A DNA stretch of 47,104 bases from a candidate division WWE3 bacterium CSP1-7 (GCA_001443395.1 LDXK01000004.1:1-47104), one strand, 5' to 3'; shown: positions 1 to 9,635, counted from the first letter of the stretch. The notes: generated from the sequence alone by a model not told the origin. A program made the numbers and translations.

Positions 1-101
1 CGATCGAGTTTGACGCGACCACAGCCGGAACCTATGAGATCTACTGTGCCGTTGCTGGCCACAGAGAGTCTGGGATGGTGGGAACATTGGTAGTTGAGTG
101 A
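1..101 (+). CDS. Cupredoxin/plastocyanin-azurin family copper protein, 3' end only (5' truncated)
   Basis: The frame from nt 3 reads IEFDATTAGTYEIYCAVAGHRESGMVGTLVVE-TGA. It contains the type-1 copper ligand motif Y-C-x4-H-x4-M. Not in the ORF track. Confidence 0.85.
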   Translation, partial: IEFDATTAGTYEIYCAVAGHRESGMVGTLVVE

Positions 102-182
102 TGCCCTCGCTTTGCTCGGTTGCACTTTCGTGAGAAAGCCAGCGCTTCAGCGCGTCCTGATTACTCGCTAACGCTGAGTCAT
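99..182. repeat. Small intergenic TCGCT-rich element (copy A), starting at a TGA stop
   Basis: Begins TGATGCCCTCGCT and ends ATTACTCGCTAACGCTGAGTCAT. Both ends match the element at 2091-2145. Confidence 0.6.
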
Positions 183-218
183 GAGTAAACTATTTATTCG
201 AAAGGCGGTGACTAAACA

Positions 219-779
219 ATGAACATGCGCAAATTTTTATCATTTTTGGTAATCGCCTTGGTCTTCGGTTTGGGCGGTTACTTCGCAAGTAAATATCTTC
301 CCGTCGGGACAGTTTTCGCCGATAATGACAACGATGGAATTACCGATGATGTCGACGCTGATGACGATAACGATGGGATTCTGGACACGGAAGACGTGGA
401 TGCCCAGGAAGACCACAGCTTGGACCACGACAACGACGGCACCGACGATTCGGAGGACCTCGACGACGACAACGACGGGATTGAGGACGAACAGGACGAC
501 TCCGATCTTGACGAGGATAACGACGGAGTTGATGACGGTGATGATGTCGACGACGACAATGACGACAAGGTCGACACCGAGGAGAATCAGTTCGAGGATG
601 ATCTGGATGAGGACGGCCAGGACAACGAGATCGACCAGGACGACGACAACGACGGGACGCTAGACTCCGAGGACTCCGACGACGACAACGATGAGGTGGA
701 AGACGCCGAGGACCCGGACGACGATGGCGACGAAGTCGAGGACGCCGAGGAGGAGATCGAGGACCACGGAGGGGAGTGA
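219..779 (+). CDS. Exported or membrane-anchored, extremely acidic protein with DxDxDG calcium-binding (thrombospondin type-3-like) repeats
   Basis: N-terminal basic plus hydrophobic segment, then many D-D-D-N-D-G-x-x-D repeats. SD-like AAGGCGGTG upstream. Confidence 0.8.
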   Translation: MNMRKFLSFLVIALVFGLGGYFASKYLPVGTVFADNDNDGITDDVDADDDNDGILDTEDVDAQEDHSLDHDNDGTDDSEDLDDDNDGIEDEQDDSDLDEDNDGVDDGDDVDDDNDDKVDTEENQFEDDLDEDGQDNEIDQDDDNDGTLDSEDSDDDNDEVEDAEDPDDDGDEVEDAEEEIEDHGGE

Positions 780-1057
780 ACGTGAAAGACCGTCTGTTCA
801 GTTCGATTCAATACGCGACTGGTTGGTTGCTGATTTTGACTTTCGGCTACGGCTTCGTTTTGCCGCTGTTCGTTAATCAACTGCCGACCGTGCCGCTGAT
901 TTTTCCGGTGTTGGTTCTGACCTTCTTCACCCACGCGATGCTGGGAGTGCGTTCCACCACTCGTCGATACCGCCTCTGGCGGAACTGGTTGGATTGGGTT
1001 TTCTTAGCAGTTTGGGGAATTGCCTGTGCCGTTTTTATCAGTGTTTTTTATTTTTGA
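776..1057 (+). CDS. Small hypothetical membrane protein (about 3 TM)
   Basis: GTGA overlap with the upstream stop (translational coupling); three hydrophobic segments. Confidence 0.7.
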   Translation: MNVKDRLFSSIQYATGWLLILTFGYGFVLPLFVNQLPTVPLIFPVLVLTFFTHAMLGVRSTTRRYRLWRNWLDWVFLAVWGIACAVFISVFYF

Positions 1058-1082
1058 TCAGCCAGCCACTGTTACTTTACAC

Positions 1083-1152
1083 ATAGTATACTATATTAGA
1101 TATTCTTTAATCTTTAACCAACCTTTAATCAGACTTTTGACTTTGATACACT
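1083..1152 (+). promoter_or_regulatory. Putative dsbA promoter with a palindrome and 11-bp-phased direct repeats
   Basis: Perfect palindrome ATAGTATACTAT at 1083-1094. CTTTAAC/CTTTAAT/CTTTTGA at 1112, 1123 and 1134. Extended -10 TGa-TACACT (1147-1152) lies 6 nt before the ATG. Confidence 0.45.
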
Positions 1153-1158
1153 AACCTA

Positions 1159-1917
1159 ATGGCCAAACGCCTTGATCTGCTTAAATATCAGTCCCTCTTT
1201 ATCCCGGCTTCAATCTTCCTAGGAGGATTGGCAGTTGCTCTGGCGATCGTTTTCACCGGTGGGTTGGGTAGAGTTACCTCCGGTGCCGATGAGAATCCTA
1301 GCGGCGAGGTTCAGGTTTCGGTCGATAACGACCCCGGACTGGGATATCCCGATGCCCCGGTAACAATCGTCGAATTTTTGAGCTTCGAATGCCCCTTCTG
1401 CAAGATCTTCCACGATGAAACTTTTCCCCAGCTAAAATCCCAGTACATCGATACCGGCAAGGTGAGGTTCGTCGTGCGGGATCTTCCCCTCTCATTTCAA
1501 GATCCGGCGGCCACCAAGGACGCTCTGGCGGCAGACTGCGCTCACGACCAGGGAGGGGACGCGGCGTACTTTGGCTATATCGACGAGATCTTCGCCCGAA
1601 CCGGGACGGAGGGCGCCGGCCTGCCAAATGTCGGAAAAATTAGCGGTTACGACGACGCCGCTAAAAAGGTTGGTTTGGACCTTACCCGGTTTTCTAGCTG
1701 CCTGTCTTCCGAACAGTTCAAGGACGAGGTGGCGAAGGACCTGGCGGACGCGATGAAGCTGGCGCAGGACAACCCGACCGTTTTCGACCAGGGAATTGGA
1801 ACCCCGACTTTCATCGTCGGCAAAACCGATTCTTCCGGGACCTTCACTGGTCAGGTAGTGAGCGGCGCTCAGCCATTTGCTTCTTTCCAGCAGGTGATTG
1901 ATGAATTGCTTAAGTAA
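1159..1917 (+). CDS. DsbA-family thioredoxin-fold oxidoreductase, membrane anchored
   Basis: N-terminal TM, APVTIVEF..FECPFC active site, GTPTF cis-Pro loop, GAQPF C-terminus. Confidence 0.9.
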   Translation: MAKRLDLLKYQSLFIPASIFLGGLAVALAIVFTGGLGRVTSGADENPSGEVQVSVDNDPGLGYPDAPVTIVEFLSFECPFCKIFHDETFPQLKSQYIDTGKVRFVVRDLPLSFQDPAATKDALAADCAHDQGGDAAYFGYIDEIFARTGTEGAGLPNVGKISGYDDAAKKVGLDLTRFSSCLSSEQFKDEVAKDLADAMKLAQDNPTVFDQGIGTPTFIVGKTDSSGTFTGQVVSGAQPFASFQQVIDELLK

Positions 1918-1943
1918 CAATGGGGAAGGGGGTGAAAAAATAA

Positions 1944-2093
1944 GTGTATAACTGGATGTGGCCGATGATGGGATCGTACAGTTACGGAAGCTCGAACTTT
2001 TTCTTGCAGCTGCAGTGGTTTGTCGTTTGGGGGTTAACAGCGGCCCTTTTGGTAGCGGCCGTGCGCTGGGTTTGGAAGAAGGGGAATAAGTGA
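1944..2093 (+). CDS. 49-aa single-pass membrane peptide (MYNWMWPMMGSYSYGSSNFFLQLQWFVVWGLTAALLVAAVRWVWKKGNK)
   Basis: GTG start after a strong SD (GGGGGTGA), Met/Gly/Tyr-rich N-terminus, one TM, basic tail. Below the ORF-track cutoff. Confidence 0.65.
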   Translation: MYNWMWPMMGSYSYGSSNFFLQLQWFVVWGLTAALLVAAVRWVWKKGNK

Positions 2094-2145
2094 TGCCCCT
2101 CGCTAGCGCTTAGGTTTCACAAATTACTCGCTGGCGCTGCGTCAT
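2091..2145. repeat. Small intergenic TCGCT-rich element (copy B), starting at a TGA stop
   Basis: TGATGCCCCTCGCT...ATTACTCGCTGGCGCTGCGTCAT. Ends are shared with 99-182 and are imperfectly inverted (TGATGC/GCGTCA). Confidence 0.6.
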
Positions 2146-2177
2146 TTGTAATTTTAGTAGAGATAAAGAATCTCATT

Positions 2178-4727
2178 TTGTGGCAGAATAGGCCTGTGGA
2201 ATCAGAACCTCTCTCTGGACAAAATCCGGAGCTCCCTGTTCCGGAAAATATTCCCGCGGCTGAGGCCGTTAAAGGTACGGAGGAGCCCGCTCCGGCTGCG
2301 CCCCCGCTCCCGCCGCCCTTGCCCCCTCTTCCTCCCGTCCCTCCGGTTTCTCTTCCCGTTCCCACTCCCGAAGAACCTCTACCTTCGATTCCTTCCCCGA
2401 CCGGGCCTGAACCGGAACTATCCGCTCCTTCCCTATCTCCGCAGGAGGCCAAGGCCTCCCAGAAGCTGCCGCTGACGGCGGAGTTGCGCTGGTTGGGGGA
2501 ATGGTGGAGCCGACACCTGCAGAAGCTGCCGGGCGCTCCCGCCACCCGCAAAGGCGGCGCCGAGCTGGTGCTCTTGGAAGTGACCGTTCCCCGCGACAGC
2601 GAGATCAAGGCCAACGCCGCCGACCAATTCTTTGCGGCGATTGCCGGACTCAAATCCAAGTCCGGTTTGAGCTTCGAAATCGTTGCCGACCATGAACACA
2701 TTCATTTTATTGTGGTGGTGCCCCGGGACCTCCAGCCGTTAGTGGAGAAGCAGCTGCACGCGGCCTACGCCACGGCGGAAATCCTTGAAATTCCCGATTA
2801 CGACATCTTTCAGCGAGAGGGCTACGTCGCCTTCGACCAAATCGTGACGACTGGACCAAAATATTACCCAATTAAGACCTACGTGGATTTGGGCGAGGAA
2901 ACCGATTCCCTTAACACCATCACCTCGGCCCTCACTAAGCTCGCGCCGGGCGAGGCGGCAGTGGTCCAGCTGGCGATTTCTCCGGCCGATTCCGGCTGGC
3001 AGAAACAGGGCCAATCCTTCGTCCTCAAAGCCAAAGAAGCGGAGCGGAAGCCCGAGGGAGAGAGAAAGATCCTTTTGAGCAAAGAATCCGAAGAGGCAAT
3101 TTCGCGAAAGATCAACAAGCCCGGCTTCCACGCCCTAGTTAGGATCGTGACGGTTTCGCCCACCAAAGAATCGGCGGAGCTGCACCTCTCCAATATCATC
3201 ACCAGTTTGGGCCAATTCTCTTCTCCCCAGCTGGCTTCCTTCTCCCGCAAACGAACCTGGTTCAAGAAGTCCTTCATGGTGGATTTCCTCTACCGGCACG
3301 TGCCGCGGTTCCTGCACTGGACGGTTTTTTCGAGCGAAGAGCTGGCGACGCTTTTCCACCTTCCCAATAAGGTGGTAACCACTCCCGCGATCAAGTGGTT
3401 GGGGGCAAAGTCCGGGGCCGTTCCTTTGGATCTGCCAACTTCCGGGCTCTATCTGGGGTTGGCTTCTTCCCGGGGGGCCGAAATGCCGGTTTACCTCCAG
3501 AAAGACGACCGCCGCCGCCACACCTACATCATCGGGCAGACCGGTACCGGAAAGAGCGAACTGCTCAAGTTTATGGCCTACCAGGACATTCTGGCCGGCG
3601 AGGGGCTCTGTTTCATTGATCCGCACGGAGATGCGGTCGAAGATCTGCTGCAGATGATTCCGGACGAACGGTTGGAAGATGTGATCTATTTCGACCCCGG
3701 CGATCCGGAGCGGCCGCCGGCCCTCAACATTCTGGAAGCTGAGACCGAGGAAGGAAAACATCTCGTCGTTAATTCCTTTATCTCCCTGCTCTACAAGCTC
3801 TATGATCCCAACCATACCGGAGTGATGGGACCGCGGTTGGAGCGGGCGGTCCGGAACGTGATGCTGACGGCGATGAGCGAAAAGGGGAACACCCTGATCG
3901 AGGTTTTCCGCCTGCTGACCGATCCCGATTTTGCCGCCGCCAAGATTCCGATGATCACCGACCCGATCGTGAAGAAATACTGGACGGACGAGCTGGCCCA
4001 GACCTCCGATTTCCACAAGAGTGAGACACTAGGATACTTTGTTTCGAAGTTCGACCGATTTGTGACCGAGAAGCTGATGCGCAACATCATCGGCCAGGGC
4101 CAATCCTCCTTCAATTTCCGGGAAGTGATGGATCGGAAAAAGATCCTCCTGGTCAACCTCTCCAAGGGCAAGATCGGCGAGGAGAACTCTAACTTCTTGG
4201 GATTGATCCTGGTTCCCCGGATTCTGACGGCGGCGATGAGCCGAGTGGACACCCCCGAAGAGCAGCGGCCGGATTTCAATCTCTACGTGGACGAGTTCCA
4301 GAACTTTGCCACCCCCGACTTCGTCCAGATCCTTTCGGAGGCCCGCAAATACCGGCTGGATCTGATCGTCGCCAACCAGTTCATCGGCCAGCTCGCCGAG
4401 GAGATCAAGAAGGCGGTTTTCGGGAACGTCGGCACCAAGGTTCTCTTCCGGGTGGGGGCGGAGGACGCCGAATTTCTGGAGAAGGAGATCGAGCCGGACT
4501 TTTCCAAGAGCGATCTCCTCAATGCCGCCATTGGCCAGGCCTACGTCCGGTTGCTGATCAGCGGGGTCCCTTCAATCCCCTTCACGATGAAAACCGACTG
4601 GGCCAGGATTCAGGCGCTTCCCCGGGATCCGCAGAAAGCCGGAAGGATCAAAGAGCTCTCCCGCACCAAGTACACCCGTCCCGCCGGAGAAGTGGAGGAA
4701 GAGATTAAGCGCCGCGCCGGGCTCTGA
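2178..4727 (+). CDS. CPR-type VirB4/TraD/HerA-like P-loop ATPase (DUF87 / T4SS coupling-protein-like) with Pro-rich N-terminus
   Basis: DRRRHTYIIGQTGTGKS Walker A, FIDPHGD, LYVDEFQNF Walker B, SEARKY, ANQFIGQL, GNVGT motifs. Exact start uncertain. Confidence 0.85.
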   Translation: MWQNRPVESEPLSGQNPELPVPENIPAAEAVKGTEEPAPAAPPLPPPLPPLPPVPPVSLPVPTPEEPLPSIPSPTGPEPELSAPSLSPQEAKASQKLPLTAELRWLGEWWSRHLQKLPGAPATRKGGAELVLLEVTVPRDSEIKANAADQFFAAIAGLKSKSGLSFEIVADHEHIHFIVVVPRDLQPLVEKQLHAAYATAEILEIPDYDIFQREGYVAFDQIVTTGPKYYPIKTYVDLGEETDSLNTITSALTKLAPGEAAVVQLAISPADSGWQKQGQSFVLKAKEAERKPEGERKILLSKESEEAISRKINKPGFHALVRIVTVSPTKESAELHLSNIITSLGQFSSPQLASFSRKRTWFKKSFMVDFLYRHVPRFLHWTVFSSEELATLFHLPNKVVTTPAIKWLGAKSGAVPLDLPTSGLYLGLASSRGAEMPVYLQKDDRRRHTYIIGQTGTGKSELLKFMAYQDILAGEGLCFIDPHGDAVEDLLQMIPDERLEDVIYFDPGDPERPPALNILEAETEEGKHLVVNSFISLLYKLYDPNHTGVMGPRLERAVRNVMLTAMSEKGNTLIEVFRLLTDPDFAAAKIPMITDPIVKKYWTDELAQTSDFHKSETLGYFVSKFDRFVTEKLMRNIIGQGQSSFNFREVMDRKKILLVNLSKGKIGEENSNFLGLILVPRILTAAMSRVDTPEEQRPDFNLYVDEFQNFATPDFVQILSEARKYRLDLIVANQFIGQLAEEIKKAVFGNVGTKVLFRVGAEDAEFLEKEIEPDFSKSDLLNAAIGQAYVRLLISGVPSIPFTMKTDWARIQALPRDPQKAGRIKELSRTKYTRPAGEVEEEIKRRAGL

Positions 4728-4891
4728 TTTCCGCTCGGGGATTGCCTTTTCGGAAACACCGTCCCTGTCTGCTGAACAGTTCGCTTCTCCCTCGTCGCCT
4801 CCGCTCCTGTGGGATGTTCCTCAAAGGCATCTCCCTTGTGCTGATCCCAAACCCTAAACTCTCCTCTTGCGTGTTATGATATTTACCAGTT

Positions 4892-6490
4892 ATGCCGGAA
4901 AATAATCCCGTTGATCCCGAGCACCAACAGGCGGTTGAAAGCCTGGCGGCCGCTTACTCGCTGGAGGAACCCCAGATCTCAGGAGAGGGTCCTAAAATAA
5001 AAGTTCCCCATGCCGTTGCCACCCTGGCTTCTCTCTACGAGAAGGTTCGTCAGGCGATGGAATACAACGAGCCCCATCTCTTTCGCCGTGCCTCCACCGA
5101 ACGGATCCTCTCCCGCCGTCTGCGGTCCGAATCAAACTCCAAGCTGGTGGCGGAAGGGCTCCTCAAGGACCTGATCCGGGGCCGTTACCTCAAGAACGAC
5201 TTTTATCCCGAGAGCATTACCACGGAGGTTGCCCGGATTTTGGAGAAATATCGCCAGATTATGCAGGCCCGGGAAATCTCCACCGCCAACGGCGATTTTT
5301 CGTTGGTTGTGCACTGGGCTTCCTCCGAGATCGAGGAGTTCTTCGCTCCCCCCGCTCGGGAAGACGCCTTGGCGCGCCTGATGCTTATCAATCTGAAGAA
5401 AACGGTAATTCTTTCCGATCCCCAGCTGGATGAGCGCTACTCGCTGGTGCAGCTGCAGCTGGCGATCTACCGTAATCTCCTCAAGCTGGACCGAGCGATG
5501 CTGGAGTTCAACATCTTCGAAATGTTTTATCCCGATTGGAAGACCAACGGGGAGGCCCACTTGGGAGAGGTGATCGGCAACTTTCCCCAGATCAAATTGG
5601 CGACCGAGAAGCTCTCTAGTTATCATCTTGCGGGGGCGCTTTCGGCCTTGGTTCGCCGCTACGCTTCTCCTTTTGTGCTTCTTCGTGATGCGCTAGAGCG
5701 AGTTGGGGTGAAGATTTTGAGCGATAAAGCCGTGTTGGCGTCCGAAATTTCAAATTCCTATGCCCGTAAGATTGTCCGGGAGCGGGAGCGCCTGGCAACG
5801 ACCACTACCCGGGCCTTGATCTATATTTTCTTGACCAAGGTGGTGTTGTCTTTCGTCTTTGAGCTACCGGCCGAGAATCTCATTTACGGAAGTGTTCGTC
5901 CCTTGCCGTTTGCGATTAACTTCCTTTTCCCCCCGCTTCTGCTCTTTCTTTTAACCCTCTCTCTGTCCTTGCCGGGACGGGAAAATGAGGAACGGATCAT
6001 CGCCGCCGCCAAAGAAGCGGTCTCTTCTTCGAATGGGCAACGGGACGGAATCTTTTCCGAAAAGAGCCGAGTTGAGGTTAAAAAGCGGGCCGGTGGTTTG
6101 GCGCTGACCCTTTTCTTGATCTACTTCCTCGCTTTTTTTGCGATCTTCGGCGCTCTGGGTTGGGGGCTGCACCAGCTGGGCTTTACCCTCTTCGGGATCG
6201 CTCTCTTCCTCTTCTACACCTCGATCGTGACCTATTTTGGACTCAAAGTTCGGGAATCCTCCCGGGATCTGGTGATTATCGGCACGAAGGAAACGGTTTT
6301 GGAAGTGCTCTTTGACTTCTTCGCTCTCCCGTTCCTTCGGGCGGGGAGCATTATTTCGGCCGGGCTCTCCCGCTTTAACGTGCTGGTCCTAATCATCACG
6401 CTGTTGGTGGAGGCGCCTTTCCAGACGATCCTGGAAGTTCTGGAAGAGTGGATCAGCTTCGCCCGGGAGAAGAAGGAAGAAGTTTATTGA
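4892..6490 (+). CDS. Hypothetical integral membrane protein (large soluble N-domain, C-terminal multi-TM region)
   Basis: 532-aa ORF, hydrophobic C-terminal third, TGt-TATGAT -10 element upstream. Confidence 0.8.
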   Translation: MPENNPVDPEHQQAVESLAAAYSLEEPQISGEGPKIKVPHAVATLASLYEKVRQAMEYNEPHLFRRASTERILSRRLRSESNSKLVAEGLLKDLIRGRYLKNDFYPESITTEVARILEKYRQIMQAREISTANGDFSLVVHWASSEIEEFFAPPAREDALARLMLINLKKTVILSDPQLDERYSLVQLQLAIYRNLLKLDRAMLEFNIFEMFYPDWKTNGEAHLGEVIGNFPQIKLATEKLSSYHLAGALSALVRRYASPFVLLRDALERVGVKILSDKAVLASEISNSYARKIVRERERLATTTTRALIYIFLTKVVLSFVFELPAENLIYGSVRPLPFAINFLFPPLLLFLLTLSLSLPGRENEERIIAAAKEAVSSSNGQRDGIFSEKSRVEVKKRAGGLALTLFLIYFLAFFAIFGALGWGLHQLGFTLFGIALFLFYTSIVTYFGLKVRESSRDLVIIGTKETVLEVLFDFFALPFLRAGSIISAGLSRFNVLVLIITLLVEAPFQTILEVLEEWISFAREKKEEVY

Positions 6491-6563
6491 TGCTTCGCAT
6501 CAACGCACCCGAACGAAGTGAGGAAAGCATTAATAAAACCTTTTAAGATAGACTAATTCAGAA

Positions 6564-7283
6564 ATGCTTTTCACCATCCTTCTTGCCGCCTCTATCGCCT
6601 CAATCGTTGACCTGGGAGGGCTGGTCCTTTTCTGGGATTATGCCCGCTCACGGAAAATCATCTATTTGATTCTCTCGTTTGCGGCGGGGGTTTTGCTAAC
6701 GGCGTCTTTTCAGGAGATAATCCCCGAAGGTTTGGCGGAGGGGGCGAACCTTCTCTGGGTGATGGCGGGTTTTGGCCTCTTTTTTGTGATTGAGAGGGGA
6801 ATCATTATTCACCAGTGCCGGGATGAAAACTGTGATGTCCACGCTGGTTCCTACCTGATCGCGATCGGGGACACGATCCACGATTTCCTGGATGGGGTTA
6901 CCATCGCCATTTCATTTTTGGTTTCCTGGCAGTTGGGGATCATCGCCACCGTGGCAATTGTTCTCCACGAGATCCCATCCGGTTTTGGTTCCTTCGCCGT
7001 GCTCCTGGCCGGAGCGGCCAGCCGGCGATTTCTCTGGATAGCCGTGGTCGCCTCCTCCATCGCCGCTCCCCTAGGGGCTCTGACGACCTACCTCGTGCGG
7101 GGTTGGCTCGATCCCTGGATGGGCCCGCTCCTTCTGGCGGTCGGCGGCGGATTCATCTACATCGCGGCGGTGGACCTCATTCCGGAAACGCACCACGACA
7201 CCTCCCGCGTCCGCTCCGTTCTCCACCTCATTATTTTCGGATTGGGTATCCTCTCAATGTACCTCGTCGACAGGATAATTTAA
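6564..7283 (+). CDS. ZIP family divalent metal transporter
   Basis: FAAGVLL, His/Cys loop, GDTIHDFLDG, VLHEIP and GGFIYIAAVDLIPE motifs. Confidence 0.9.
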   Translation: MLFTILLAASIASIVDLGGLVLFWDYARSRKIIYLILSFAAGVLLTASFQEIIPEGLAEGANLLWVMAGFGLFFVIERGIIIHQCRDENCDVHAGSYLIAIGDTIHDFLDGVTIAISFLVSWQLGIIATVAIVLHEIPSGFGSFAVLLAGAASRRFLWIAVVASSIAAPLGALTTYLVRGWLDPWMGPLLLAVGGGFIYIAAVDLIPETHHDTSRVRSVLHLIIFGLGILSMYLVDRII

Positions 7284-7292
7284 GGGAAGATA

Positions 7293-7763
7293 ATGCCAGC
7301 CGACCTCAAGCAAAAATCCCCGCTCGGAAAGGCCGATTTTGTGATCATCGCCGCTTCGGTCCTGGGGATGGTCATCATGGCCTATCTCACCTATCTCAAA
7401 TTCAGTTCTGGTGGATTATCTTTCTGCGACATCAACTCGAGCTTCTCCTGTTCAGCGGTTAACCGGAGTATCTATGCCGATTTTTTCGGAATTCCGGTGT
7501 CTATCTTAGGGTTTCTCTACTTTGCTGTGGTGGGCGGGTTGGTCTTTAGCAAGAGCGCGGAGAGGTCTTTTTACTCTTTGGTTTTTGGGGCGACGGTTGC
7601 CGCCCTGTTTTTCTCACTCTATTTGAGCTACGTCGAGGTCTTTGTCCTCAAAACGATCTGCCTTCTCTGCGAGACATCCAAGGCGTTAATGGTGGTGATT
7701 GGCACAGTTTCTCTCCTGAAGATGCGCCGGGCAAAGGAAAATTTGCCATTTTTAGTAAACTAG
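7293..7763 (+). CDS. Vitamin K epoxide reductase (VKOR) family protein
   Basis: C-x7-C..V..S pair (CDINSSFSCSAVNRS), FGIPVSILG, CLLC redox motif, about 4 TMs. Confidence 0.9.
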   Translation: MPADLKQKSPLGKADFVIIAASVLGMVIMAYLTYLKFSSGGLSFCDINSSFSCSAVNRSIYADFFGIPVSILGFLYFAVVGGLVFSKSAERSFYSLVFGATVAALFFSLYLSYVEVFVLKTICLLCETSKALMVVIGTVSLLKMRRAKENLPFLVN

Positions 7764-7766
7764 TAC

Positions 7767-8960
7767 GTGTTTAAATTTTCCATTCTCTCGGCATTCCGCC
7801 GCCGCTTAGTCGCGTTCCTAGCCATCGTCGGCGTCGCTCTTGGTTCGGGGTTGCTGATGACGCTGCTCTCCCTCTCGGCCGGAATCGAGTCCCGTTTTAA
7901 CAACACCTTTCAGGAGGTAGCGGGGACGATTTCCGTCACCGCCGAGGGCGGAACGGTCATTGGGCGCCTCCTGGGAACGGTGGGCGACCCGCTTCCCGAT
8001 TCCTACGCCGCTCGGATCAAGAAAGTTGAGGGAGTCGATCTGACGGCCCCCTTCGTGACCGCCCAAGTCCGCTCCGAAAAGTTTGGTACGATCGGGGCGT
8101 TTGGAGTGGGAATGACCGGGATCGTCGAGGGAGGGGAGCTTTTCGAAAATCCCAATGAAAAGATCAAGGAGGGCCGGTCTTTTTCTGGAGGAAACGAGGT
8201 AATCGCGGGGGCCCGTCTTTTGGAGAGTGCTCGCTTTGCCGAAGTGGATATCAACGTTGGCGACACCTTCACCGCCCCGATCGGCAACACCCGCGAGATG
8301 GTAGAACTCAAACTCGTCGGCACGTATGAAACCGGTTCGGAAACGACCAACTACGGTCTTTTTGGCCCGGTATCTCTGGTCCGCAAGCTGGCGGATATCG
8401 GCAAAAAGCAGATCAGCGGGGTGCAGGTCCGCGTCAGTGATCCCCAGACTGTCAAAGAGGTCGCTCAGAGGATCGAAACCGCCTTTGCCGGCGATGATCC
8501 TCCCGTCAGCGCCAGTGTTCCCCAGGATCTCTTCGCTTCTCTCTCCTCCTTTACCGATATCTTCGACATCTTCTTGTTGGCGATCGCTCTGGTTGCGGCG
8601 GCGGCGGGCGGGACAGCGGTGATGGTGGTGATGCTTCTAACCGTTTTTGAACGCCGGCGGGAGTTTGGCATCCTCAAAGCCGGCGGTTGGAGCAACTCCA
8701 ATATCATTACTTCAGTGTTGGTTACTTCCCTAACCCTGGCCCTTTTGGGGGCGGTGGCGGGGATCCTGACAGGTTCAGGAGTGGTCCTGGCAACTCAGAG
8801 CATTCTGGAGAGTGTTACCGGCCGGGGATTGGTGGCCTTTTCTCCAGAGATGTTCCTTTGGGCGGGGGGAATTGGGATTGTTACCGGTTTGATCGGGGGT
8901 CTTCTGCCGGCGCTTTCGGCGGCGCGGGTTTCGCCGATCGAGACTCTGCGGGGCGAATAA
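7767..8960 (+). CDS. ABC transporter permease, MacB/FtsX-like
   Basis: N-terminal TM, extracytoplasmic domain, ERRREFGILKAGGW, PALSAARVSPIETLR. Confidence 0.9.
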   Translation: MFKFSILSAFRRRLVAFLAIVGVALGSGLLMTLLSLSAGIESRFNNTFQEVAGTISVTAEGGTVIGRLLGTVGDPLPDSYAARIKKVEGVDLTAPFVTAQVRSEKFGTIGAFGVGMTGIVEGGELFENPNEKIKEGRSFSGGNEVIAGARLLESARFAEVDINVGDTFTAPIGNTREMVELKLVGTYETGSETTNYGLFGPVSLVRKLADIGKKQISGVQVRVSDPQTVKEVAQRIETAFAGDDPPVSASVPQDLFASLSSFTDIFDIFLLAIALVAAAAGGTAVMVVMLLTVFERRREFGILKAGGWSNSNIITSVLVTSLTLALLGAVAGILTGSGVVLATQSILESVTGRGLVAFSPEMFLWAGGIGIVTGLIGGLLPALSAARVSPIETLRGE

Positions 8961-8961
8961 A

Positions 8962-9633
8962 ATGGAGAAAATTTTGAATTTGGAAAAAGTTACCAAAATC
9001 TACGGAACGGGAGAAACGCAGGTGACGGCGTTGGATGGGGTTAGTTTGGAGGTGGCGTCGGGAGAGGTAGTTTCGGTGGTGGGGCACTCCGGGAGCGGCA
9101 AGACCACCCTCTTGAATATGATGGGAGCGCTGGATCGCCCGACCTCGGGGAGGATTTTTCTGGAGGAGGAGGAAATTAGCCGGATTCCTGAGCACCAGCT
9201 CTACCGGGTGCGCCGCGAGAAGATTGGCTTTATTTTCCAGAGCTTCCATCTCATTCCCACTCTGAACGCGCTCGAAAACGTCTTGGCTCCCACCCTTCCC
9301 TTAGGAGAGAGGAGATTTGAGGAACGGGCCCGGGAACTGTTGGAATCGGTGGGGTTGGGCGCTCGCCTACCGCACCGTCCCTCCCAGCTATCAGGAGGAG
9401 AAATGCAGCGCGTCGCCATCGCCCGGGCGCTCATTCACGAACCAAAGCTGATTTTGGCGGATGAGCCGACTGGCAATCTGGACTCCAAAACCGGAGAAGA
9501 GATCATCAATCTCCTTCTGCGCTTGAACAAGGAAAAGGGCGTGACGCTGGTGATTGTCACCCACGAGCCAGAGATTGCCAAGAAAGCCGACCGGACCGTC
9601 AGCATTCGCGACGGCCGCATCGAACCAGTTTAG
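8962..9633 (+). CDS. ABC transporter ATP-binding protein, LolD/MacB-like
   Basis: GHSGSGKTT, LSGGEMQRVAIARA, LADEPTGNLD, VTH. Confidence 0.95.
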   Translation: MEKILNLEKVTKIYGTGETQVTALDGVSLEVASGEVVSVVGHSGSGKTTLLNMMGALDRPTSGRIFLEEEEISRIPEHQLYRVRREKIGFIFQSFHLIPTLNALENVLAPTLPLGERRFEERARELLESVGLGARLPHRPSQLSGGEMQRVAIARALIHEPKLILADEPTGNLDSKTGEEIINLLLRLNKEKGVTLVIVTHEPEIAKKADRTVSIRDGRIEPV

Positions 9634-9635
9634 GT

